Positions 22,909 to 35,555 of a stretch of 64,000 nt of DNA are shown here, piece by piece. Position numbers and translations under genes: made by a program. Numbering within the stretch: position 1 is the first letter of the stretch; every line of letters starts with the position of its first letter. This DNA comes from Camelus ferus (lineage: Eukaryota), in NCBI RefSeq assembly GCF_009834535.1, contig NC_045696.1, forward strand, positions 118,546,001 through 118,610,000, read 5' to 3'. A model generated the notes under the pieces. That model had not been told where the DNA came from. It was given only the letters and a program-made list of their open reading frames with translations, and made no database searches.

Positions 22909-23515
22909 ACATCAGGTACTGCTGCTAGGTCCTTAAGTCCCCCTGACAGTCTTCCAGGAGTCTCCCCGTTGTGTAAGTGAGACCCACGCGGGCCTGGCCG
23001 TAGCCAGTTCTGTCCACCTGTCTTCCGCACCCTGCCACCCTCCCCGCAGGACTCCCTGGAGCCCCTGCTCCTGTCTAAGGAGCTTTATGGCTCCAGAACC
23101 TGTCAGTGAATAAGGCCCTGCCAGAGTCACAGACGCAGCCCTGCTAACGGGGGAGCCAGTCTGGCATGCCACTCTGTGCGCCTGCACCTTGTCCCATTTC
23201 CAGATGCTCCTTCCTTGGTCTGGGGGTCACAGTGTGTCTGTTCTGCAGTTAATGAAAAGGAAAGAGGCTCTTGAAAAATTGGTGAAGGATTTAGACTTTT
23301 TTATATTAATAAGATGATGTGCAGTATAATTGGTTCGGGCTTCTATTATGAAGGATGATTCCATTAGTGAGGGAAAATCCAGTCTTTTAACGTGTAATTT
23401 CTAAAAATTGGATTTTTCAGGTTTTTTTGTATGTGTACTACACTTAGGTCATTGTAGTATAAATAACTTGTAGAAAACTGTAGCAGTACTTCATTGCTTT
23501 AAAAAATTGACAGCA

Positions 23516-23610
23516 GGGCTAGGGGATACAGCTTAGGTAGAGAGCGCATGCTTAGCGTGCACAAGGTCCAGGGTTCAATCCCCAGTACCTCCATTAAAAA
23601 GAAAAAAAAA
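23516..23610 (+). mobile_element. tRNA-Ala-derived camelid SINE, about 170 nt upstream of the exon at 23779
   Basis: agagcgcatgcttagcgtgcacaaggtccagggttcaatccccagtacctccatt plus A-tail; degenerate TSD aaaaaattgac/aaaaaattggc. Confidence 0.9.
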
Positions 23611-23778
23611 TTGGCCACTATTCTGATACATAAAAATGCATGCATCTTACTCCACAGCGTCATTATGTTGACAGTGTGAATAAAGAAATACCATTATTGA
23701 TCATTTATTGAAGGCAGTTAATTCAGTAGCAGTGAAAAAGTCTGCTGTTTCATTATTGCTTCTTCATTTTTCTTGTAG

Positions 23779-23942
23779 GACAAAGTTCTAAAAACATCAG
23801 TTCATCTCCAAGCACTGAGAGTTTGCCTGGAGGAAGAGAGTTCACTGGCTCCCCGCCTTCATCTGCCACTAAAAAGGACTCCTTTTTCAGCAACATCTCC
23901 CGTTCCCGCTCGCACAGCAAAACTATGGGCAGAAAAGAATCT
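23779..23942 (+). CDS. TBC1D5: TBC1D5 coding exon (164 nt, phase 1 to 0): (G)QSSKNISSSPSTESLPGGREFTGSPPSSATKKDSFFSNISRSRSHSKTMGRKES
   Basis: TTTTTCTTGTAG acceptor (AG 23777-23778), TCT|GTAAGT donor; continues the frame from the exon ending at 5446 or 9501; matches the recalled Ser-rich TBC1D5 segment. Confidence 0.96.
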
Positions 23943-24829
23943 GTAAGTGCACAGTTTTCTTTTTCTCCTTAATTTTCCTTGGGAATGCTGCATCTGTTAA
24001 AGCTTCTACTTTTCTAAAATTCTTAAAAATGTTTACAGACTAAAATGAATTATTTCATAAACATATTTTAATTTTATTATTATAATTTAGTGATATTTGA
24101 AGGCTCTGGTCTTATATTACACTGGGGAGAAAAGTAACATTAGTTTAAAATAAGTTGAACTCCAAATCTTGGTCATTTTTTTCTCTACAAGTACCTTTGT
24201 CAAAGCCTGGGTTTTCTTCTAAAATGTAATGAATAGCCTTCTATCAAACAATAGAATAAGACACTTCAAACAAACCAAGATGTTTTTTCGGTTTTAAGTA
24301 TTTCTTGAAAATTAAAAATTATTATTTTACCCATTATTTTTAAAAGCTATACGAATAACTTTTAAATTATGATGTATTGATAGGTGTTTTTCTAAGATCC
24401 TTTGTATGTGTTACTCAGAAGATCATACCTAGCGCGTATCAACTCCTTAAAAAAATCTGGTTGTGTCTGAAAATTCTTTAAGTCAACTACACAAGAAGTA
24501 AAACAGTCAAATTTTATAGCTAGTTCAACACTTAATATTCTAATATGAAGAATTCATCTGCCCACTGGAGGAGGGTGCAGTGCAGGTGTTGTAAGGTATT
24601 ACCGACAAGGATCTGGGTGTTGCTGGAATAGTGCTAAGGGTGGGGAAACAGAGTGTAAACCTCTGAGGGGTAATTGTTTACAGCATACAGACTTGTCTAT
24701 CTGGGTGACCGTGTCTGACCTCGCCCAGGACACGCAGTTTCCTGGTGCTTCAACCACCTCACCTGCCGTTTCAACAGCGTCCTTTGCTCTCTGAAGGGAA
24801 GGGTTCACTGCGTACTCTCTTGAGGTGCT

Positions 24830-27165
24830 TTCCACTTGGAGGAACCGTGATTCTCTAACGTGCAGAAGAGCAGGATGAAACTTCCATTGGAAAATGGCAG
24901 CTTTAATGCAAGCAGTTAGCTCTGCTCCCTCCCAGTCTCCACTCCAGGGACGTTAAGGTCGTTACAGAGAAACCCTCGGGGAGTGAGGAAGCCGGAGAGA
25001 GGACAGCAGCAGCAAGATGCTGCTACTTGGAGAGAGATGTTATGTGGAAACCGACTTAGCAGCCTGAGAAGGCCGAGTGCCAGGCCAGCGGCAGGGAGGA
25101 GCCGAGAAGCAACTTGATGTAAGAGGTAAAAGCCTCTGGAAGCTTGGGAACCGGACACAAGGTGAAGGGGAGTCGAAGACATGAGGACTGGTTAGAAGTT
25201 CCTTCAAGAAGCACAGAGACTGTCTTCCTCGCTCTGGCAGAAGACTGGAGGTTTAGTTCTCTGGAAAGTGCAAAACAACAGTTCTGGACCAAGAGAGATG
25301 AGGAACAGCTGAGTGTGGGACTACTTCCTCGAAAAGGGGGTGTTGAATATATTAAAATACTGAATTTGAGGTCCCCAGACTCCCCAGAATACGAGAAAGT
25401 AGATCCCTTCAGGCAGGAGATTGGAAGGGTTTTGTCCTGGCAGAAGCCACACTTTAAAAAACACAGACGGACCTTTGGGGTTATCCAGGGAAGCAGCCAG
25501 TTCACTTCCCAGTGAACGCAACCATCACAGTCCCATCTAAGCACAGAACTTTCTCTTGGCTTGTAGTTAACGTATTCTATATGAGCAAGACAGCCAAGGA
25601 TCACCGGCTACTTGCAGACGGCATCTGAGAGGACAGACAGAAACAAACAGGAAAAAGCAACTGGGAGGAAACAAGTCTTTGCAGGAGAATACGTCAGAAA
25701 AAAATACTCATCCTGAGAGGAACAGCAACAACGAAAGCTATTACAAATGGAAATGGGACATCTGAAGTGTGAAACTCAGTAGGAGGGTTGGAAAACAAAA
25801 TTGAGGAAACCTCAGAAAATAGAATGCAGGACAGATAAAGAAAGTAAAAGAGGTAAATATAAGAAAATTAGAGAACCAGCCCAGAAGGTTCAAAATCTTT
25901 AAAAAAAAAAAAAAAAACAAACAAAAGGAGTTCCAGAAAGAGAGAACAGAGAAAATGAAAGGAAGGAAATGATCAAAAGTACAGTTCATTAAGTGTCTCC
26001 ACTTAATGAAACACCTGAGTTTTCAGACTGAAAAAGTTCATTGAAAGTCCCACGTGAGTGAAAACAAACACACCCAGATCCATCGCTGGAAAAGTTCAAA
26101 ACTGGGAGCAAAGAGATACCCTCCAAACACGTAGAGTTGGGGAGAAAGAAGGATTTCCAGCAAAAGATCAGGAAGTAGACCAGCTCCAAATTTCACATGG
26201 CAACACCAGCAGTGAGACGGGAGGAATTCCTTCAGAGTTCTGAGAGAAAATTACTTCCAACCCAGACCCAACGCCAGCCAGACTAATTGTGTGAGGGCAG
26301 AACAAAGCCCCTTGCAGACATTCAAGACCCAAAACCCGTATTCCCGTGCACCTGTTCTCAGAAATCGCTGGAGCAGGCCCTCTACAAAAATGAGCACGTA
26401 CACCAAGGACAGAGGACGGGTGAGAACGAGGCGGTGGAGTGCCCAGAGCCTGGCCAAGGATCCCACGGATGGTGCTGTAGGGATCGCAGGACTAGTTAGA
26501 AAGCACAGCTGTCGAGCAGCTCCAGCAGCAGCAGCCAGCCTGGCTTGAAATAAGTCAGAAAGTTCCAGAAAATTTTCTCTAAAAAGATGAAATTGGGAGG
26601 GTGACTAATCTATTTGGAGAAATTGAGAAATTTACACAACTCGGGGTGAGTTTAGGTTGGAATGAGTGATAAAACTTGCTAAAAAAAATAAGCCATTAAA
26701 ACCTAGGACAATAGTCACCCCAAAGAAAAACTAAAGAGTACACAGGAAAAGAAAGGTATTGATAAACCTTGTCACTGAGCCAGGGCTCGAATTCACGGAG
26801 ACATCAGAGTGTAAGTCTGTTGACTGTTAGTCATGATAAAATCCTGTTGAGAAGTTGGGGAGGGTTTGTGTGTTGGCCTGGGGAGGCAGAGGGGTCATGG
26901 GGGTTGGGCAACAGGGCTACATCTTCACCTTCCGTCGTAGCAAATCTCTAATGATGAATATTGTCTAGAAAAATCAAGGGGTGGCAAAATAAGCTCGAGC
27001 AATAGAGGTGAAAAAAATGGGCGAAAGAATTGAAAGTGGTGGCTTGCGAGGAGGAGGGCAGGAAGTGGAGGGTGGGGTTGTGTGAACGGTTGTTCATAAC
27101 AAGCCTCGGAGAACCTTTGACTCTTCCACACGGTACATGTATAACTGAGATTACAAATAATAACT
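24830..27165 (+). mobile_element. HAL1-like (Half-L1) element, degraded
   Basis: ORF1-like A-rich segment at about 25700-26400 and a HAL1-type 3' end (gaaagtggtggctt…ttcataacaagcc…tacatgtataact). The 5' boundary is uncertain. Confidence 0.6.
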
Positions 27166-29565
27166 ACAAATCCCAACAAAAATACAGTGTATTGGCATAA
27201 ATTAGAAGAGAAGCTGTCTGCCTGTTCAGAGAGCGTGTCCGTGAAGAACCAGAATCAGGAGTAACAAATGAGAAGGCATGTGGAGACATGTTTTGTGTTT
27301 GTTCTGTCATATTCTGGTGGCATGTGGGTTCGTCAGTGACACCAATCAATGGCTTCTCTCTATGGTGATGCTGTGACTTAAAACTGAGGAGTGGAGCAAA
27401 AAACAGAAATAGAGTAAGTGTAACTCTCTACTTGGACCTGCTCTGAATTGAGAAACAGAATGCCTAATTATTGTTCAGAATGTAATGTATTTCCTAACTT
27501 GTGGCAAGTAAGCAGACAGACATTTTCCAGGGAAAGCCCATGGTTTTCCAAATAATAGGTTATTATTTTATATGTTGTAGTCAATAATAATATGTTGTAG
27601 TCAATGCTCTTTGCCAAATAATTCCAGTTCTCTCCCAGTCTATGCCCTTGATAGGATTCCACCCCTTGTCCCCTGTGATCTGTCAGAGCCACGTGACAGT
27701 TCTATCCAGTGAGCTGTGAGTGGCGGGGTGTGTGCGGATTGCCACTGCAAGACCTTCCACGCCGGTCCCCTTCCCTCGGGCACAGTGAGCAGAGCCCCCC
27801 TGCCAACCCGTGCTAGATGTGGAGGATGAGTGAGGAATCAACCCTAATTGAATTAAGCTGAGATTGTTGCTCATCATGGCCAAACGCACAGCTGGAAAGT
27901 GTCCAGGCCCATAGCTGGGGTGCACTCTTCCATGGGAGCCATATGCTGCCACCAGAGAGGTCCCTCGGCACCAGAGCCCATGACTAGGCATCTGTCATCC
28001 TTGAGCCCACTTTGCTTTCATTCCCGGCCTGGCTGGTGTGACAGGGATAGTCCAAGCCCTCAGAGAATTCCAAGATAACTTTTCATTAACATGATCATCA
28101 TCTTCATCAGTTTCTCAGCAAGTGGCCAGAAATTGAAGCAAAGATATCTCCTGCTTTGGGTCCCCAGTGCCTTAAACCATACAATACCTTTCAGATTTCA
28201 AGACTCAGTTGATCTTTTAAAGTGTCCAAGGGTCAAGAAATTTTTTTAATTAAGTTTTTAATTGAAGTATAGTTGGTTTTTATGTCATTATTATTTTTCA
28301 ATTGAAGTATAGTTGGAAGAAGTTGCTGATGTCAGTTAAGAAAAGACTCCAATAGCAGTTGAAAACGGACATTAAAACAGGTAATCTCATAGTAGCTGTC
28401 AACCCAAGAGTGATGAGATCTGCTTATAATGTTTCTAATCTAATCATTGAGAGATGATATGAGACATCAATAGAAGTGTGATGTACTTTGGACAAGAATC
28501 GTATATTAGGTCATAGAACTTTTTTCAGACTCTCACTGTTGCCTTTTCACGTCTCATAGGACGCCTTTCTGTAATCCACAGGCTCTCTTCTTTAAGTGAA
28601 TATGTATTATGTCTACTCCTGTTGGTGCCCCTGGTCTGGTCGTATAATAAAAGAACACAAAACTCAGCTAATCCTGGAGAGAGGTCACAAATTAAGCTTT
28701 GTGCTGTATGTTTATCAGCAGCACCATTATACTACTTCTCTGAAATGAAATGTGACCAAAGTAGTAGGAAGTGTTAAGACTCGACCTCCCTTCACTATCA
28801 GTAGTATTGCTTTGAGGATTGGGATTTATTCATGAAAACAGTTTTCCCTCTGCTCTCTTTCCCGAAAGAGTCTTTAGGGCTCACCTAATTCAGTCCAGGT
28901 TTTAACCAAGCTCTGATTATTTTAGTCTAGAGGAAGTTGAAATTTTTGATACTTTTAAATTTTTTAAATGGTTTATTTTCCACGGTGATGTAAATGACAT
29001 CCAATACTTAGTTTTCTAGAAATCTATTTGAGTTGGTCATTCATCTGATTGGTAAATAAGTTTTCACTTGTTTTAGCTCCGCTAGTCATGTTCTATGACT
29101 GTCGCCAAGTTGTTTTCCAAGAGTGTCTTTGCTAAAGTTAAAGAATAGGGAATATAAGAAAAACTCAAAAATTGACTTGCAGATGTGAATAAGTTCTAGT
29201 GTTTAAGCACATTAGCCAGTTAAGTGATTTTTTTCCCAAATTCCTAATGACCTGCAGGACAACTTGCTTTGTGATAATTACATACCAAGCTCCAAAGATC
29301 TAAACTTATAAATAGTTCAGAATCGTCTCTAAACCACAGGAAATCAAAATTGTGTGAGCTGAAAATCCCTGCATAAAACAAGGTGTGTAATGAGCGACCC
29401 ACCGTGCCCAGGCTCCCAGCACCACTGGGGGTGCTCACCCTGTGTCATCGTGACTCCTGCACGCACTCATCATTGCCCTGTGGTGGTTTGAACATAGGCC
29501 ACGGTCATACTAATAGAATTTATTTTTAACCTAGTTATTAATCTATCCTTGTAGCTTTGAATGTA

Positions 29566-29683
29566 TGAGATCTTCTGCCAGGATTCAGTAGGTATTTGGT
29601 GAGAATTGTTCCACAGGTAGATTATTTTTGATGAATCTGTGGAAGAGGGTGAGCTCTGCGTCCGTCTGTTCTGCCATCTTGGA
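29566..29683 (-). mobile_element. Isolated L1 5'-terminal (promoter) fragment
   Basis: The reverse complement reads ccaagatggcagaacagacggacgcagagctcaccctcttccacagattcatcaaaaataatctacctgtggaacaattctcac, resembling laurasiatherian L1 5' starts. Confidence 0.65.
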
Positions 29684-32681
29684 GCCCCTTCTCACTGATC
29701 GATCCTTTATCACAACAAAATAACAAAAACGTCTCAGACAAATGAAAACAGACTGGAAAGCAGACTCATCCTTCTGAAAGTATAGACAACCTGAGCATCA
29801 CCTAATCTAGTCAGGTCATGTTCTAGAAGCTGGAATTTAAGTCATCTCTATATAAGAAATATAAAAGAGCAGCGCCATTGAATGTGCTTACAGTGAAATT
29901 GGGGGAGGCAGAAACACATCAAAAGTTAAGTAACAATTAAACTAAATAAAAATATAACTCATCACCCAAGGAGGCATTAGATGGCTTAATGCCATAGAGC
30001 AGTAAAGACAGTAAATGATAGGGATTCAGAAGACAGACCGCAGGACTTCATTGGTCTAGACAGGCTTCATTCTGAGAGATTAGACTCGAACCACAGACAT
30101 ACTTCTTCTTTCAGTAAATGCCGCCATCGTCTTCCTTAGGAAGGCCCCGCGCCTTCCGGGACAGGTGGTGGTGGTGGGTACTGAATGTCTGTGTACGTGT
30201 TTTCTTCTCCCTCAGGCCCCCGGCAGAGTGTAAAACAGTTGGGATTATATGCAGTTGCTTTTGGTAAAGATAAGAGAAATTCCAGTCTCAGGTGAGGAAG
30301 TGCGTTGCTTACTGTTTCAGATAACAAGAGCCCTGAGATGGGCAGGTCTGGGGTTGGCTAATTCAGCTGTAGATTGGTGTCGCCAGCTTTCCATGCTGCC
30401 ACCTCTGTGTCTCGGCTTCGTCCTCAACCCACCCGCAATCATCTTTCTCAAGAGGGCTACCAAGAACCAGGTGTGTATCCTGTCTCCCCCCAACACACTC
30501 GGCATCTTCTAGAGAAGTCAGCCTGCAAGCCCCCCAGCAGGCTTTCCCTCCCGTCTCATTGGTTGGCCAGATTAAATCCCTGCCCACTCTGAACCCAGTC
30601 AGTAAGAGGACAGGTGCCAGGAGTCCATGGCAGTGGGAAAGGTGGTGGAAGCCTGTGACTGGGCACTGTGACAGGCCAGGTATCCCCAAAGTAGTCATTG
30701 CCGAGATGCTTCTGGGAAGAATTTGCATTTGAAAAGAGCCAGTTCCGTTTTATCAGTGATGTTTTACATGTGGATTTTTAGGCAGCTTGAGTTGGATTGG
30801 TAGTTGGAAGAGAGAGATTGAGCAGTGGCCTTCTCAAGGAGTCAGATTCTTCCTAGTTATCTGATTCTCTCCTCAGTCAGTGATGTATCCTTCCTAAGAT
30901 CTATTACGTGGAAAGTATTGATTACTGGAATGGATTTTTAGGGACTTCTGAATGGAATTGAAAACTGGTATCTAGACAGTATCTAATTATAGGATTTTTT
31001 TCAGTTAATAAATCTATATTTGTAATCTCTCATTGAATTTAATCAATAATACTGATGATGACTGGATTAAAACACAGTTCCGTGTAAAAATACATCCCCA
31101 TGTAATACAGTTCATTGCAATGAGTAGATATATAAAATGAATTTAAAGATTAGCAGTTTTTCTAGCTTCTTTTAAGTCTCATGATAGGAATTTGAACTGA
31201 AAGTCAAAATGAACTCAGATATTTGATCCATGACATGTAGTCAGTCATTCGAGGTTATATTGAACTGTGTTCACATTAACAAACCTTTCTGCCAGTGTGT
31301 CAGCCCCAGGTCAGGGAAGGTGGAGCTTGTGTCTTGGTAGGAGTGTCCTGTCCTTCTGTCTCCGTCTTTTTGCTGTCCTCAGTTCACGTAATAATAAAAA
31401 AATTTTTTGAGGCGCCTATTAAAGCAGAAGCACAGGAAACGGAGTGCTGAAACTTGACTGAGTATTAGCCCTTGGGGAATGAGTGAGACACTTATCCCCT
31501 CATGCTGGGCCCTCTTCCTCCACCATCTGTCCTCAGCCCCTTAATCTCCAGGAAATGCCCAGATGCCTGGACCGTGCTGATCACTGCCCTGGAGGCAGGA
31601 ATGATAGTTTGGGGAGAGCTCAAGTGAAGTAATGAGAAGTGTTTAGAATCCCCGGCCAGAAATTCCTGTGCGTTTGAATTATGCTAAATTAAATGTGCCT
31701 TTGGTAGTAGCATTTGCTCCCCTCCAATGCCCTTTCTTGAAACTTGACATTTATTTCATCTTTTAATGCCGCCCTGCCCTGGGGACAGTCATTGGTGCCC
31801 GGAAGTGCATGTGCACACTGCAGGGAAGGGAGTGTGGGCTCCCACTGCCCTGTGCAGATGGAGGTCAGACAGAGGAGGCTGCAGGCAGTCCGCCTGGATG
31901 GCATCGCCAGCCCCTCCTACCCGGCGTCCTCCTGCTTTTAAATCTTTGGCCCTTAGCGTCTTATCACTTATTCGCCATAGCACCTTTGTTTACTTTTCAA
32001 GGGAAGACATTTTTAATCCACTGGGTTTTCATTCCAGAAAGAGCGCTTTTGCTCCCATTGTAGGAATTCTAGGCCTTCTGAACAAGGAGGGATCTATGTC
32101 AGGCAGCCTCCACCTTGCCTCGAAACCCTAAGGCTAAAGAACGCCTTTGTGGTTGCTCCTCAGGCCGAGCTGCTGTGCAGGGAGGGTCAGGCAGGGGCTT
32201 TGGCAGCCGTTTCCATAGCTTCCTCCTGTTCCTGAACCCGCTTTCTTCCCCCCAGCCTGCTGTTCCAAGATGCCCGTGTGGCAGGCATTGGTACCGGGTG
32301 GTAAGCACCTGGAAGCTCCCACACCAGCAGGGGAGGATCGGGCAGAGCTGCAGGAACTCGCCAGAGCAGCCTGTGCACTGCTGACAGGAGTCCTGCTGAG
32401 GGGCAGGTGGGCACGAAAACTGAACCCCACCCGCCCGCTGCCCACTAAGCAGGGTGCCCACGTCTGGGGCCGGGTGGGCCTGGAGAAGGGGCGGTTTCTT
32501 CCTCTGCACAAAGGTAGTACCCAGTTCCCCATGCCCTGCACCCAAAGGAGGTGACTTTTCCTAACTAAAAGCATGTTTTAGGTTGGTAAGGGCCCCAAGA
32601 GGGAGTTTCCATTGTTGGAAAAATTCAGGATCTTTCTATTTCATGGATGATTTGGAAAAAAAGAAAAAAAAGAACAACGAT

Positions 32682-32810
32682 GGGGAAGGAATAGCTCAGT
32701 GGTAGAGCGCGTGCTTAGCGTGCACAAGGTCCTGGGTTTGATCCTCAGTACCTCTATTTAAACAAATAAATAAATAAACCTAATTACATCCCCCCAAAAT
32801 AAAAAAAAAT
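32682..32810 (+). mobile_element. tRNA-Ala-derived camelid SINE, full length with tail
   Basis: ggggaaggaatagctcagtggtagagcgcgtgcttagc… followed by aaataaataaacctaattacatccccccaaaa. Confidence 0.92.
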
Positions 32811-33574
32811 ACAATAAGTACATGTTTAAGGCTTTACGTAGCTCATTAAGGAACAAAGGAAACAAACAAAAAAAGGATGGTACCAGGAAAACATGTTGGC
32901 ATTGATACTAGGAACTAATAAGATGAGAAAAGAAAAATAAAATTCATTTGACCATAAGGATAATAAGAAACACAATAATTTACACAGAGCACGCACCATT
33001 CACGCTTTATTAAGCCTCTTAAAATTAGCATGTCTGTCATTACAAATGCATCTGATTAACTTGTATTTGATTTGATTAGTAAACTTTGCTCATGTAAGTC
33101 TGACCTTCCTCTGGGGTGTTTGCTTGTGAAGGACAGTTGGTCACGAGCAACTCTTTCAGATACATAAAAAAGCAGCCACCAAGACCATTCTCAGTCCTAA
33201 CACTACAATGTGGCTGAAGGATTTTAAAAAGCCTTGAATATGTGGATCATCAGAAGATAATATAATCCCCCCCAAAAAAAAGATAATATAATCCAGTTCG
33301 CACACAACCTTTTTATCTAAGATGGTGGCAAAGCCATGCGTCCTTTCCCTCGGAATTGTGACCGGCTTAGTGCAGTCCTGTCAATAGTCTTACTGTGTCC
33401 AGTCAAAACATCATTTTCCAAAGTTACTTAGGTCAGTAGATAGAAACGTACAGCAGTAATTCAAAGAGCGATGATTGTAGTTAAGCCATGGACAAATTAG
33501 CTTTATATGAAATTCTAAAAAGTTATGGGTGACACTGGAAGACGAGGGAGAAAAGAATAAAGAAAACTATTTCA

Positions 33575-34204
33575 CTCCTGGGCTTGTATCCAGAAGGAAC
33601 CCTACTTCAGGATGACATCTGCACCCCAATGTTCATAGCAGCACTATTTACAATAGCCAAGACATGGAAACAGCCTAAATGTCCATCAACAGGTGACTGG
33701 ATAAAGAAGATGTGGTATATTTATACAATGGAATACTACTCAGCCATAAAAACCGACAACATAACGCCATTTGCAGCAACATGGATGTTCCTGGAGAATG
33801 TCATTCTAAGTGAAGTAAGCCAGAAAGAGAAAGAAAAATACCATATGAGATCACTCATATGTGGAATCTAAAAAACAAAAACAAAAACAAACAAACAAAA
33901 ACAAAGCGTAAATACAGGACAGAAATAGACTCATAGACAGAGAATACAGACTTATGGTTGCAAGGGGGGCGGAGGGCAGGAAGGGATAGACTGGGATTTC
34001 AAAATTGTAGAATAGATAAACAAGATTATACTGTATAGCACAGGGAAATATATACAAAATGTTATGGTAGCTCACAGAGAAAAAAAATGTGACAATGAGT
34101 GTGTATATGTCCATGTATGACTGAAAAATTGTGCTGAACGCTGGAATTTGACACAACATTGTAAAATGATTATAAATCAAAAAAAATGTTAAAAAAAAAA
34201 AAAA
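33575..34204 (+). mobile_element. Young 5'-truncated camelid L1 (ORF2 C-terminus, 3'UTR, poly-A)
   Basis: Perfect 16-bp TSD AAAGAAAACTATTTCA (33559-33574 / 34205-34220); uninterrupted ORF2-like frame 33584-33871 ([22 protein letters not shown]…EYYSAIK); pure A-tail. Confidence 0.95.
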
Positions 34205-35409
34205 AAAGAAAACTATTTCAACTGGAAAAGCAGTTATGAAGAGGGTTGCTCCTCCCCCAGCCCCACCCCACCCTTGATGCCTAGACCCCCGACCAGACTG
34301 ACTCCTGGCTTTCTGGTCATATTTCTGAGTTGTTTTTTCACCTTCGATGTTCTTATTATTCTGCTTCCATGCTTCTTATCTTTCTTTTTTTTGCATTGTG
34401 CATTTATTTATTAAATAAACCCTTCCCACCCACACCTTGTCCCTGCAACAGGAAAGCCTCTCAGGCTGGCATCTAGAGTCACTCTCAGGTGATCACTCTG
34501 ACGTCATGATCGTCCTCACTTTTTCTCTTTGGAAGCCATCCCAAAGTGAGGACAGAATTATAAAGGAGGTCTTGAAAGTTTGCAACACTGCCCTGAGTTC
34601 TTAAGTCCCCTCAAATCTCTCAAGGATTCCACTCACAAGGAAGTGGAAAGACCTGGCAAATGATGTAATTCACCGGCCCCACATACACACACCCACCACC
34701 ACACAGTCCAAAAATGACAGAGGCCTCAACATGCAGAATAACGCTCCAGTCGGTCTCGAATGAACAGAAATGCTGCCACATCGCTTAACATCAGGATGTA
34801 TGCGGTCTGGACTCTGGGCAGTCTTCTCGGTCTGGGCATCTCTTATCCTTCATGGCAAGATACATGTTTTATAAAATATGAAGGATAACACCTTGGAAAA
34901 TGAAATTAAGGAAAATAAGAATGAAGCCATCAAGGAACCATTAGATAATAATGCTAACGTTTATAGAAATCTTGAATCCATCTCTAGACAGCAAACCTTA
35001 ATATCACCCAGCTGGACTATTAATAGCTATTTATTGGCCAGGATAAATGAATGTTGGATTTTTTCCTCAGCGTCTATAGTCAGAGCCACTCATCCGTAGT
35101 CTGTATTGTGATTAAACTCCTTTTTTGATACCCTTGATGAAAGTCTTGAGAATCAGGTTTGAAGGCTGGGTAGGCACGAGATCTTTTTCTCAAGTAAATG
35201 AGCCTAATTCCTTTGCCAGGAATCGAGATTGAAGTTTCTGAGGTGGACTGATTAAATGTAAAGACTGTTTCAATGCCAGAACTTGCCTCTCATTACGAAG
35301 AGACTGTCATGGTTTAGGATGCTTTAAGCTGAGTGTAACTGAGATTCTGACTCAAACTGATACAAATAATAACAAGTTACTAGCGCCAAGAAGTCCAAAG
35401 GGCTTCCAA

Positions 35410-35555
35410 GTCCCAGCTACACAATAGAATCACCTGAAAAGCTTAAAAAGACAAGTGACAGAAATGAATCAGAATCTCTGAGATGAGGCTTGGGTCTTGG
35501 TAGTCATTAAAAGCTTCCCAGATTATTCAAATGTGTAGCTGAGGTTTGGAGCTGA
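35410..35555. mobile_element. MER5-like hAT-Charlie DNA transposon fragment (preceded by an MLT1-like piece at about 35325-35400)
   Basis: tagaatcacctgaaaagcttaaaaa…gaatcagaatctctg…aaaagcttcccagattattc. Confidence 0.6.

Noticed and set aside
27570..27605. 16-bp direct repeat ATATGTTGTAGTCAAT with 20-bp period
   Set aside because: An ordinary two-copy tandem duplication; not an array.
33584..33871. Stand-alone protein-coding genes in ORFs 33584-33871, 58134-58472 and 18830-19093
   Set aside because: They are fragments of L1 ORF2/ORF1 inside truncated elements.
34499..34506. Full CRE palindrome TGACGTCA
   Set aside because: A single 8-mer is expected about once in 64 kb, and there is no supporting cluster.
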